Origin: Armatimonadota bacterium
GTDB taxonomy: Bacteria; Armatimonadota; UBA5829; DSUL01
Assembly: GCA_039811685.1 (NCBI GenBank)
Contig: JBDHZC010000001.1
Location: 768,001 to 832,000, forward strand
Direction of reading: 5' to 3'
Length of the DNA: 64,000 nt
Part shown: positions 8,843-17,321 of the stretch, one piece after another
How the letters are laid out: every line of letters starts with the position of its first letter
How positions within the stretch are numbered: the stretch's first letter is position 1
Notes under the pieces: model-generated
Databases searched by the model: none
The model's input: the letters and a program-made list of their open reading frames with translations, nothing else
What the model was told of the DNA's origin: nothing
Position numbers and translations under genes: made by a program

Positions 8843-9544
8843 GTGAGACTATCTCGTTTTGGTATGTTGAGCGCAGCGATTGCTGTGGTTGTATCGCTTT
8901 CCAGCGCTGCGCATGCGTGGAACTATGGGGATTCGTGGGTCATTCCGCTGGATCCGCAGAAGAGCCAGGCGGGAAATTCAGGACTGGGAGGCAACGGCTG
9001 GAACTACGTGGCCACAGGCGGCTACGGAGGTGGCGGCTATTACTGGGCTGCGGGTCAGGACGGCACCCGTCGCGCCCGCTGGTTCTTTGACGCCAGTGTG
9101 ACGGGTGGCGATGCTCCGACGTCTGCGGAGAAGTTCCTGGTCGAGACCTGGGTTCCACCCGCGAATGCTAACGTATATCAGCCCATCGAGGTGAGCTTCA
9201 GTGGTCAGGACGACGAGGGCGCAAGCATGAACCCATACATTCCCTGGGGTGGCCAGTACGGGACAAATCATCAGTGGCTGGACCGCCACGAGGCCAGCCA
9301 AGGCGGATGGGTGCAGGCGGGACCTGGCCCACAGAGTCCTGGTGTCTGGAACGGCATAGGCTACGTCTACGCTCAACAGGGAAGCTACTTCTACGTCTCG
9401 GCTGATTTCGGATTCATCGGGCCCACTGACAAGTACGGCATAAGCGCGATCCGCGTCACAGTCGTTCCTGAGCCGGGAAGTATTCTGGCGCTGGGTGGCA
9501 GTCTGCTTTCGATGGCCGGACTGGTCATTCGCCGCCGCAAGTAA
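8843..9544 (+). CDS. PEP-CTERM sorting-domain surface protein (paralogue 2)
   Basis: GTG start with SD AGAAGGAG; signal peptide; VPEPGS...IRRRK tail; clear paralogue of its neighbours. Confidence 0.9.
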   Translation: MRLSRFGMLSAAIAVVVSLSSAAHAWNYGDSWVIPLDPQKSQAGNSGLGGNGWNYVATGGYGGGGYYWAAGQDGTRRARWFFDASVTGGDAPTSAEKFLVETWVPPANANVYQPIEVSFSGQDDEGASMNPYIPWGGQYGTNHQWLDRHEASQGGWVQAGPGPQSPGVWNGIGYVYAQQGSYFYVSADFGFIGPTDKYGISAIRVTVVPEPGSILALGGSLLSMAGLVIRRRK

Positions 9545-9635
9545 ACAACTTATTCGAACCGGAGCTGTCGGCTCGGAGTTAGATCTGAGCCGGCAGAGAC
9601 TCCTTCCAGGCCACCCTTCGAGGTGGCCTTTTTTT
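9458..9635 (+). repeat. Direct repeat copy 2 (PEP-CTERM tail + 3'UTR + terminator)
   Basis: Matches 8294-8471. Confidence 0.9.
9608..9635 (+). terminator. Intrinsic terminator after PEP-CTERM gene 2
   Basis: AGGCCACC-CTTCGA-GGTGGCCT-TTTTTT. Confidence 0.85.
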
Positions 9636-9736
9636 CTCGAACTAACACTGGTACCCTCATCCACCATGTCTCTTTTCGGACAGAGCCGGGCCGGAGACCG
9701 TCCACTAGTATCTCTAGAGGTTGTGGCGAGACTGTT

Positions 9737-9777
9737 GCCTTACGGCGAGGCTGCGGCCTTACGGCGAGGCTGCGGCC
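9737..9777. repeat. 19-bp tandem repeat (2 perfect copies plus a degenerate upstream copy)
   Basis: GCCTTACGGCGAGGCTGCG at 9737-9755 and 9756-9774, then GCC; preceded by the similar GGTTGTGGCGAGACTGTT. Confidence 0.85.
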
Positions 9778-9880
9778 CCTCAACGCACTCATGTTTGGCG
9801 TATTGTCGCGTCGGGAATAGATGTGACAGGTCCGCAACCAGGTAAATATACTGGTTTGTTTGTGATAACGTGAAATGTTA

Positions 9881-9910
9881 TGGACAAAACTCGGTCTAAA
9901 GGCCTATACT
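9881..9910 (+). promoter_or_regulatory. Sigma70-type promoter of PEP-CTERM gene 3
   Basis: TGGACA-N18-TATACT, homologous to 7475-7504. Confidence 0.6.
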
Positions 9911-10090
9911 TGACCCCGATGTCGGGGCAGACTGTGGTATGCCGTACGTTCCCAACCAACCACAGATCCGACAAGTGATAGTCATTCCTTTTAGTGCTTT
10001 CGGTAGCGCCGCGCAGAAGGGGCGCCGATTGTCGACTCTATCGTCTCCAGGTGGAGATATCTTAGAGGGAGAAAGAGAAAGGAGTGAGCA

Positions 10091-10798
10091 ATGAGAGTAT
10101 TTCGTCTGAGTATCATCGGTACCGCTGCTGCGGCAGCGGCCCTTCTTTCCCTATCCACATCTGCGGGCGCCTGGAATTATGGCGACTCGTGGGTTATTCC
10201 ACTCGACCCGCAAAAGAGCCAGAATGGCCTGTCCGGACTTCCTGGACCAGGCTGGAACTTTGAAGCTACCGGCGGCTACGGCGGAGGCGGCTATTACTGG
10301 GCGGACGGCTTCGACAGTATCCGACAGGCTCGCTGGTTCTTTGACGCGAGCGTAACGGGAGGTGATGCACCGACTACTGCGGAGAAGTTTCTCGTTGAGA
10401 CGTGGGTTCCGGCCGAGCACGCCAATGTGTACAGCGTTATCGAAGTCAGCTTCGACGGTCTCGGAGATGAGGGCGGAACGAACAACCCCAACATTCCGTG
10501 GGCTGGTCAGTATGGGACAAACCACCAGTGGCTGGACCGTCACCAGGCCAACCAGGGCGGCTTTGTACAGGCAGGGCCTGGCCCGCAAAGCCCTGGAGTT
10601 TGGAATGGAATCGGCTATGTCTATGCGAAACAGGGCAGCTACTTCTGGATGAGCGGCGGCATGGGCTTCTATAAGCCTGGCGATCAGTATGCTGTGAGCG
10701 CAATTCGCCTAACGGTTGTTCCTGAGCCAGCAAGCGCGCTGGCGCTGGGCGGTGGTCTGCTTTCGATGACCGGACTGGTTATTCGCCGCCGCAAGTGA
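10091..10798 (+). CDS. PEP-CTERM sorting-domain surface protein (paralogue 3)
   Basis: Signal peptide, WNYGDSWVIPLDP mature N-terminus, VPEPAS...IRRRK tail; SD AAAGGAG. Confidence 0.9.
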   Translation: MRVFRLSIIGTAAAAAALLSLSTSAGAWNYGDSWVIPLDPQKSQNGLSGLPGPGWNFEATGGYGGGGYYWADGFDSIRQARWFFDASVTGGDAPTTAEKFLVETWVPAEHANVYSVIEVSFDGLGDEGGTNNPNIPWAGQYGTNHQWLDRHQANQGGFVQAGPGPQSPGVWNGIGYVYAKQGSYFWMSGGMGFYKPGDQYAVSAIRLTVVPEPASALALGGGLLSMTGLVIRRRK

Positions 10799-10860
10799 GT
10801 TGACAACGCTTCAAGCAACTGTCCAGACGTTTTGAACAGGACAGTTGAGAAACGCTTCGG

Positions 10861-10887
10861 GGGCCGCTTTTTCCAGCGGCCCTTTTT
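10861..10887 (+). terminator. Intrinsic terminator after PEP-CTERM gene 3
   Basis: GGGCCGCT-TTTTCC-AGCGGCCC-TTTTT. Confidence 0.75.
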
Positions 10888-11754
10888 CTATCTTTTCTTC
10901 TGGAAAATACTCTGCAGACGTCCAACGAAGGTCTGCGGTTTTGCACACTCCGTGCACCAGCGATTTGGGTCGCCTGCCAGTCCGGCCCACCAGGGTCGCG
11001 AGCTGCTGGAGAGACTTGCGCAGGCAGGCTGTTTGTGGAAACGGTGAGCGCTGTCCATCCAGCACCGCTCAAAGAATCCCTCCCCTTGTCCAGAGACGGA
11101 ATCCAATGAGACTTCAAGGATATCGCACCCTGATCCAAGTCCTTCCATCTGCCCCAGATTGACCCCGAGCACTGCACTGACACCTGCGAATTCCTCGAGC
11201 ATCCAGGCGAACAAGGCTTCGGTCGCACCGATACAACGCACATCATCGAGAAAGAGAACTCTGGCGCCGGACAACTCTTCCATTGGCCCAAAGACAAGAT
11301 CCTGCGACGCAAAGCGAATGCGTCGGCGCAGGGCCACGGATCCGGACAAATACTCTTGCAGACTCATAGTCGGCCGGGGAGCCGTCCGACGGACGCAGCC
11401 AAGCGCTGACGCCTTAAGCAATGTGGCGACATCGCAAGCAAGCGCCTCCAGAGGCGCTAACTCCTCGGGCCGCATCTCCCACGACCCTAGTGCGCGGCAA
11501 ACGTGGGTAGGAGCGAAGGCTTCTGCTGCACGCGCAACCAGTTCAGCAAGCGAACGGCACACCTGAGTCCGAAAGGGATGATGGGGAGTGCGCCGCAGGT
11601 CTTTGAAAAACCGGATAAATGCCGTTGGTAGATGCGAGGACTCAGCGCCTGCGGCAAACGTCCAAAGCGCGCGGGATTCAAAGCTCTGGCTTCTGGCAGC
11701 CACCGCATCCACATCCAGAACTCTGTTAATGAGCACCTGTCCGAGCTTAGCCAC
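10888..11754 (-). CDS. Phosphoribosyltransferase-like (ComF-like) protein with a C-terminal His/Cys cluster
   Basis: RVLFLDDVRCIGAT resembles the PRPP-binding loop; C-terminal FHKQPAC...WCTEC; GTG start with SD AAGGAGG. Confidence 0.6.
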   Translation of the reverse strand: MAKLGQVLINRVLDVDAVAARSQSFESRALWTFAAGAESSHLPTAFIRFFKDLRRTPHHPFRTQVCRSLAELVARAAEAFAPTHVCRALGSWEMRPEELAPLEALACDVATLLKASALGCVRRTAPRPTMSLQEYLSGSVALRRRIRFASQDLVFGPMEELSGARVLFLDDVRCIGATEALFAWMLEEFAGVSAVLGVNLGQMEGLGSGCDILEVSLDSVSGQGEGFFERCWMDSAHRFHKQPACASLSSSSRPWWAGLAGDPNRWCTECAKPQTFVGRLQSIFQKKR

Positions 11755-11787
11755 ACCGCCTCCTTCCCAAGTATACTTCTAGACACC

Positions 11788-12282
11788 ATGCCTGCAGAAT
11801 CCTTCGAACTTCCCGCACACATTGACGATTACCTTCACAAACACAACGTCCTCAACGTCAGCACTTGCGATGAGGAAGGTCCCTGGGGCGCGGCTGTGTT
11901 TTACGCGCACGAAGGTCTAAAAATCTATTTCATGACAGCTCCGCATACCCGTCACGGGTCCGCGCTGGTAGCAGCAGGAACGATGGCTGGCTCCATACAC
12001 GAAGACTATGCTGGCTGGACGGAGATCAGAGGACTCCAGATGCGGGGCAGAGTCTGGATGCTGGAGGATGAAGGAGAAGTCAGAGCAGGGCAGCGCGCTT
12101 TTTTCCGCAAGTACGATTTTGCAGAGGCATTCTCTCATGGCAATGTGCCTGAGGAGATACAGCGCAGCATCAAATCTGTGCGTCTGTTTTGCTTTGAACC
12201 TCAGCTTGTCCTCTGGCTTGACAACTCCGCAGGGTTTGGCAAGCGCATGCAGGTGTATCCTCCGCTGGACGCGGCAGGCTGA
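11788..12282 (+). CDS. Pyridoxamine 5'-phosphate oxidase-like (YhbP/UPF0306-type) protein
   Basis: VLNVST...PWGAAVFY, TRHG, IRGLQMRG, LDNSAGFGKR; start moved to ATG 11788 to avoid overlap with the divergent gene. Confidence 0.8.
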   Translation: MPAESFELPAHIDDYLHKHNVLNVSTCDEEGPWGAAVFYAHEGLKIYFMTAPHTRHGSALVAAGTMAGSIHEDYAGWTEIRGLQMRGRVWMLEDEGEVRAGQRAFFRKYDFAEAFSHGNVPEEIQRSIKSVRLFCFEPQLVLWLDNSAGFGKRMQVYPPLDAAG

Positions 12283-12489
12283 ACGGGCTCACAAATGCGG
12301 GCGCCTGTAAGTGGGGCCTGCCTTGTCAGAACGACTCCGCACACTCGCAAAGCAAAAAGCATCCTCGCACACACATCCAAAAGTGGCATATTTCCAATAG
12401 CGCGTCGTCGGCCCACCCGTTCGCGCTAACGCACGCTGCAGCAGTGCAGCGCGCAGCCCACTAGATTCTTCGGGAGATGTCTGCTTCTT

Positions 12490-13398
12490 ATGTTCTCCGT
12501 GATCGGCGTGATCATCGTATTCGCGAGCATCGTCATGGGCTTCACCATGCATGGTGGCAAGCTGGCGGTGCTTATGCAGGTCTCCGAGTTCGTGATTATC
12601 GGCGGCGCGGGACTCGGCAGCGTTATCGTCGGCTACGGGCCCAAGGGGGCGGTGTCAGTTCTGAAGGCCGGTATATCGCTGCTCAAAGGCAATCCGTATA
12701 AGAAGCAAACGTTTCTTGACCTGCTGCACGCGATGTACGACGTTTTCAGCACGGCGCGCAAGGAAGGCATTCTGGAGCTTGAGAAGCACGCCGAGGAACC
12801 GCACCAGTCGGAGATATTCCAGAAATACCCCACCCTGCTGAACAATCATCACGCGCTGCAGATGCTGGCAGATACGCTCAAGCTGGTGGCAATGGGCGGC
12901 GTGACGATCTATGCGCTTCAGGACCTGTTGGACATCGATCTGGAGTCGCACCACGAGGAAGCGGCTCATACGCCAGGAATTCTCTCCACGTTGGCCGACG
13001 CCATGCCAGGCTTCGGAATTGTCGCGGCAGTCCTGGGAGTCGTCATCACAATGGGAGCGGTAGGCGGACCACCTGCAATCATCGGCGAGAAGGTCGCGGC
13101 GGCGCTTGTCGGCACGTTTCTGGGCATTCTGCTTGCATATGGTGTTTTTGCCCCGCTGGCGCGCGCAACTGAGGCCATCGCCAAAAGTGAGGCACAATAT
13201 CTGGCCTGTATCCGCAACGCTGTCATTGCTTTTGCGCGAGGTGACGTGCCTCTAGTGTGTGTGGAGTTTGGACGCCGCAACATCGAGCCGGATCTGAGGC
13301 CGACGTTCTCAGAGCTGGAGCACACGTGTAAGGGGCTGACTGTCGTGGACGGGGGCGGTTCGGGCAAAGCGTCCTCGACAGAGGCAAAGGCCGCTTGA
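12490..13398 (+). CDS. motA: Flagellar stator protein MotA
   Basis: EFVIIGGAG, ARKEGILELE, MPGFGIVAAVLGVV, AALVGTFLGILLAYG, VEFGRR. Confidence 0.92.
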   Translation: MFSVIGVIIVFASIVMGFTMHGGKLAVLMQVSEFVIIGGAGLGSVIVGYGPKGAVSVLKAGISLLKGNPYKKQTFLDLLHAMYDVFSTARKEGILELEKHAEEPHQSEIFQKYPTLLNNHHALQMLADTLKLVAMGGVTIYALQDLLDIDLESHHEEAAHTPGILSTLADAMPGFGIVAAVLGVVITMGAVGGPPAIIGEKVAAALVGTFLGILLAYGVFAPLARATEAIAKSEAQYLACIRNAVIAFARGDVPLVCVEFGRRNIEPDLRPTFSELEHTCKGLTVVDGGGSGKASSTEAKAA

Positions 13399-13413
13399 GA
13401 GGGATAGACACAG

Positions 13414-14259
13414 GTGGCTGATCAACCCGGCGCCGAAATTCGCGTTATCAAGAAGAAGGTTACTCACGGAGGTCATCACGGGGGCGCGTGGAAGGTTGCC
13501 TACGCCGACTTCGTCACCGCCATGATGGCCTTTTTTCTGGTCATGTGGATCATCTCTCTCAGCAATGACGTAAAGAAATCCATTGCCGGATATTTTGACG
13601 ACCCTATCGGTTTCATGAAGGCTGTGCGAGCCGGAAATGCTCCTTTCAGTGTATCGGAACTTGGCGCTAAAGGCTCTCCCGATGACAAGGGAATCGGCTT
13701 TGATTCCGTTGAGCGCAAGAAGCTCGGCAACGCAAAGAAAGTCATCGAGCGCATTGTCCTGAAAGCCCCCGCCTTTAAGGACCTCAAAGACAGCATCAAC
13801 ATCGAGATGACCGAAGAAGGTCTGCGTATCGACCTTGTGGAATCCCGGCAGTCCCTGTTCTTCGATTCGGGAAGCGCGCGTGTGAGGCCCGAATCAGGTC
13901 ACCTGCTGGCAACGCTCGCCAGAGAATTCGCCAAGCTCCCAAACAAGATCATGTTTGAAGGGCACACGGACAACCGGCCTCTTGCCCGCAAGGATGGATA
14001 TGGTAACTGGGAGCTGTCCGTTGACCGCGCCAACAGCGCACGGCGCGTCATGATAGAGGCTGGCCTGCAACCCGCCCAGGTAGCCGAGGTGCGCGGATTC
14101 GCAGACCGGAGACCGCGCAGCGCAAATCCGAGCGCCGCATCTAACCGAAGGGTGAGTATTGTTGTGCTGTTCACCAAACCTCCTCCCACCAACGGAACAG
14201 CAGACTCACAGCCTTCGCAAAACCCCGCCTTTCCTGACGGTCTCCGGGCGCTGCAATAA
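13414..14259 (+). CDS. motB: Flagellar stator protein MotB
   Basis: HGGAWKVAYADFVTAMMAFF with the conserved Asp; OmpA-like domain EGHTD, NWELSVDRA, NRRVSI. Confidence 0.92.
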   Translation: MADQPGAEIRVIKKKVTHGGHHGGAWKVAYADFVTAMMAFFLVMWIISLSNDVKKSIAGYFDDPIGFMKAVRAGNAPFSVSELGAKGSPDDKGIGFDSVERKKLGNAKKVIERIVLKAPAFKDLKDSINIEMTEEGLRIDLVESRQSLFFDSGSARVRPESGHLLATLAREFAKLPNKIMFEGHTDNRPLARKDGYGNWELSVDRANSARRVMIEAGLQPAQVAEVRGFADRRPRSANPSAASNRRVSIVVLFTKPPPTNGTADSQPSQNPAFPDGLRALQ

Positions 14260-14357
14260 CGCCCTATTTCCTCTACGGCCCGCCGTTTGCAGGGAACTGA
14301 CTCGACTCCGGGTAATCCTTTCTCTGGCTCTGTTGTGAGGAGAAGAGGTGGCAAGGA

Positions 14358-14936
14358 ATGAGGTTTGCTCTGGGAATGTGGGTGATGGCGGCGCTTGCGC
14401 TCAGCGGTTGCGCTCGCCAGGCTTCAGTCAGGTCCGCTGCGCCGCCCGCTCACCAGAGCCGGTCAAATCCTGAGACTCACCTGTCCGCCGACTACGTTCA
14501 TCCCCCAAGCGGACTGAGACTGAAAGCTCCGCAAGGCTGGGGATTCGTGGACAAACCTGAAGTTGACTATGTCCAGGCACAATGCCAGCCGACTAAGGCA
14601 ACCGGTGACCTGCCGGTTATGCTTCTCCAGGCTTCTAAAATCTCCACAGATTTGTCCATGGAAGCGCTGGTGGCGGGCTATTCGAAACAGATGGCGCGCG
14701 GTGTGGATAGCCCTGACATCGAAAAAGACGAACAGATCAAAGGCGGCACAGGCGGAGCCGAAGGCTACGAAATAGTCTTCACAGGAAAGCTCAAGCACAA
14801 AGCGGTGAAGGGGAGACAGGTAATTCTGCGCAGAGACGGATGGTTTTACGTGATTACTCAGATGGCGCCCCAGGCTGACTATCCCAGGTATTCCGCAGCC
14901 TTCGAGACCCTTACAAACAGCGTGGCATTCAAATAG
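14358..14936 (+). CDS. Lipoprotein, PsbP/DcrB-like fold (tentative)
   Basis: Lipobox LSGC; L.APQGW and FYVITQMA...F....NS..F pattern of Mog1/PsbP-like proteins. Confidence 0.6.
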   Translation: MRFALGMWVMAALALSGCARQASVRSAAPPAHQSRSNPETHLSADYVHPPSGLRLKAPQGWGFVDKPEVDYVQAQCQPTKATGDLPVMLLQASKISTDLSMEALVAGYSKQMARGVDSPDIEKDEQIKGGTGGAEGYEIVFTGKLKHKAVKGRQVILRRDGWFYVITQMAPQADYPRYSAAFETLTNSVAFK

Positions 14937-14978
14937 GAGCGTACTGTCACGGACCGAGGAGACAGAGAGCTTAGAAAC

Positions 14979-16184
14979 ATGTTGCTTGGAATTGACAGCC
15001 TTCTGAGACACAGGGCATTGCGGGATGAGCTGCGAGGGCAACGTCTGGCGCTGCTCGGGCACCCGGCCTCCGTGACCGAAGAGTGTGTGCACACGCTGGA
15101 CGCGCTGATGGCAACAGAAGGTTTGCAGGTCACTGCAGCTTTTGGCCCTCAGCACGGAATGCAGGGCGACAAGCAGGACAACATGATCGAGTCCGAGGAC
15201 TACACGGACCCGCGCTACGGCATCCCGGTTTTCAGTCTTTACGGCCAGCACAGACGCCCCACCCCGGAGATGATGGCCTCGTTTGACACCCTGCTGGTGG
15301 ATTTGCAGGACATCGGAACCCGCATCTACACCTTTGTCACCACAACCTTCTATATGATCGAGGCGTGCGCGGACGCGGGAAAACGCGTCTGGATTCTGGA
15401 TCGCCCAAATCCAGCGGGGAGGCCAGTCGAAGGCTCATTACTCGAACCGGGATGGGAGAGTATGGTTGGCGCGGCGCCGTTTATGATGCGCCACGGGCTG
15501 ACTCTAGGAGAGCTTTCGCGCTGGTACGTGGACTACCGGAAGCTGGACTTAGATCTGCGCGTGGTTAAGATGGAGGGCTACCGCCCAGAAGAGCCGCCCG
15601 GCTATGGCTGGCCGCTGATGCAGCTTCCCTGGGTGAACCCAAGTCCAAACGCCTCCAGCCTTAATATGGCCCGCTGCTTTCCTGGGACTGTGCTCTTTGA
15701 GGCGACAACGCTGAGCGAAGGCCGCGGAACTACAACTCCGCTGGAAGTCGTAGGAGCGCCGGACATCAGCATGGAGCGCGTTCTTGCCCGGATGCACGCC
15801 CTGGCGGAGGACTGGCTGGAAGGTTGCATCATTCGTCCATGCTTCTTCGAACCGACATTCCACAAGCATGTTCACGCAATGTGTTCCGGACTCCAAATCC
15901 ACACGGACTCTCATCTTTATGATCACGACCGCTTCAAACCCTACCGCATCGCTGCGCTGATTCTGAAGAGTATCAGGCTGGAGCGCCCGGACTACGAGCT
16001 GTGGCGCATCTTCCCCTATGAGTACGAAACGGAGCGCCTGGCGGTGGACCTGCTCTCGGGAGGGACATTTCTGCGAGAGTGGGTGGACAACCCAGACTCT
16101 ACGCCGGCTGACCTGAACGCCCGCCTTCAGCCAGACGAAGAGCGGTGGTTGGAAGAGCGCAGGCCATATCTGCGCTATCACTGA
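14979..16184 (+). CDS. namZ: DUF1343 exo-beta-N-acetylmuramidase NamZ-family protein
   Basis: FGPQHG, SLYG...RRPT, DLQDIGTRIYTF, LDRPNP, RHGLTLGEL, WVNPSPN, SEGRGTT. Confidence 0.88.
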   Translation: MLLGIDSLLRHRALRDELRGQRLALLGHPASVTEECVHTLDALMATEGLQVTAAFGPQHGMQGDKQDNMIESEDYTDPRYGIPVFSLYGQHRRPTPEMMASFDTLLVDLQDIGTRIYTFVTTTFYMIEACADAGKRVWILDRPNPAGRPVEGSLLEPGWESMVGAAPFMMRHGLTLGELSRWYVDYRKLDLDLRVVKMEGYRPEEPPGYGWPLMQLPWVNPSPNASSLNMARCFPGTVLFEATTLSEGRGTTTPLEVVGAPDISMERVLARMHALAEDWLEGCIIRPCFFEPTFHKHVHAMCSGLQIHTDSHLYDHDRFKPYRIAALILKSIRLERPDYELWRIFPYEYETERLAVDLLSGGTFLREWVDNPDSTPADLNARLQPDEERWLEERRPYLRYH

Positions 16185-16462
16185 GGCGCGCGCCTGACTG
16201 CTGAGAAGCCTTTTCAGCGCATCGAATCCTGGAAGAGCGCTCTCTCTCCCTCCGTTCAAAGCATCCTCTGACGAGACAGCGTATCTGTCGACAGGCTACG
16301 CAGCTCCGCGGAGGCTCTCGGCGCCATCCGGAAACTAGAACCGTCGCAGATACGTCATGAAAGATAGAGGCTGTCAAGACAGGCGTCCACGGACGACGAC
16401 TATTCCTGACCAAAAGCCCAGATACTTCGCTCCAGCGCTGTGAAGCCACTGGAGGCTTCCCC

Positions 16463-17248
16463 GTGAAAACACTGCTCTCGAGACCGAGTCCACAGGTCAA
16501 ACACGCTGTGGATGGAGCGGTCACGATACCTGAGCCGCTAGCCCACCCTGCCTTGGCTGGATACCGAAATCGAGCGTCAAAAGGCGGACGCGGCTTCACG
16601 CTTATCGAACTGCTGGTTGTGATCGCGATCATCGCGATTCTGGCAGGGATTCTGTTCCCTGTATTCTCTCAGGCAAAAGCGCGTGCCCAAGCCGTCGCCT
16701 GCCTGAACAATCTCACCCAGCTCAGCCGCGCGATCCAGATGTACGAAGACGATAACCACGACCGGATCCCGCACGCGTACGGCATGAGCGGCGGGGCAGC
16801 GTCGTGGAGTGGATTTGCGGACCCTGGAGGCGTTCAGAGTGTCAGGAATGGAGCTATCTACTCCTACGTCAAGAACGAAGAGGTCTTCACGTGTCCGTCC
16901 GACCCGTACAATTACCTGGGGTTGAGCTACGGGCTCAGCAGTCCGATTGCCGGACTTCCCGCCGGACAGGTGGAGGAACCCTCATCCACCGTGCTCTTGA
17001 TAGACTCTGTTGATCCGCCGGTCAGTGGTCAGACTTCTTCTCAGGACGGCGTCTTCAACGTACCCGCTAACGTTCCTGACGCGACCGTAATTCCGGCCTA
17101 CCGGCCTGGCATGACTCCGGGAGCGACCGACGGATTTCAGCCAATCCATGCGCAGGGCGCCAACGCGGCCTTCGTGGACGGGCATGTCAAGCGCATTCGT
17201 CCGGGCGAGCTGACGGCACGGAACTTCCGGCCCTACGCCACTCAATAG
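16463..17248 (+). CDS. Prepilin-type N-methylation / DUF1559-family protein with H-X9-DG C-terminus
   Basis: RGFTLIELLVVIAIIAILAGILFPVF, CLNNL.QL, FTCPSD, HAQGANAAFVDGHVK; GTG start with SD GGAGG. Confidence 0.88.
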   Translation: MKTLLSRPSPQVKHAVDGAVTIPEPLAHPALAGYRNRASKGGRGFTLIELLVVIAIIAILAGILFPVFSQAKARAQAVACLNNLTQLSRAIQMYEDDNHDRIPHAYGMSGGAASWSGFADPGGVQSVRNGAIYSYVKNEEVFTCPSDPYNYLGLSYGLSSPIAGLPAGQVEEPSSTVLLIDSVDPPVSGQTSSQDGVFNVPANVPDATVIPAYRPGMTPGATDGFQPIHAQGANAAFVDGHVKRIRPGELTARNFRPYATQ

Positions 17249-17255
17249 CCCGGTC

Positions 17256-17291
17256 AAAAAAACCGGGAGGCCGCTTGCGCCGCCTCCCGGT
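17256..17291 (-). terminator. Intrinsic terminator of the giant Cys-rich protein gene
   Basis: Minus strand ACCGGGAGGC...GCCTCCCGGT-TTTTTT. Confidence 0.8.
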
Positions 17292-17321
17292 CCAGATTTC
17301 AGTCGTACTGGTCAGAGGGTG

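Noticed and set aside
8294..9635. Direct repeats as ends of a mobile element or a diversity-generating retroelement TR/VR pair
   Set aside because: There is no transposase, integrase or reverse transcriptase in the window. The repeats are the conserved sorting signal and terminator, and their differences are not adenine-specific.
9737..9777. Possible CRISPR array
   Set aside because: The repeats are head-to-tail without spacers, there are only two perfect copies, and no cas genes are in the window.
12490..14259. Zorya-type (ZorAB) defence system
   Set aside because: The sequences have canonical flagellar MotA/MotB motifs, no long ZorA tail and no zorC/D/E neighbours.
16268..16315. Hammerhead-like core CTGACGA-GACAG-CGTAT-CTGTC-GACA
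   Set aside because: GACA replaces the required GAAA, and stems I and III cannot be formed convincingly.
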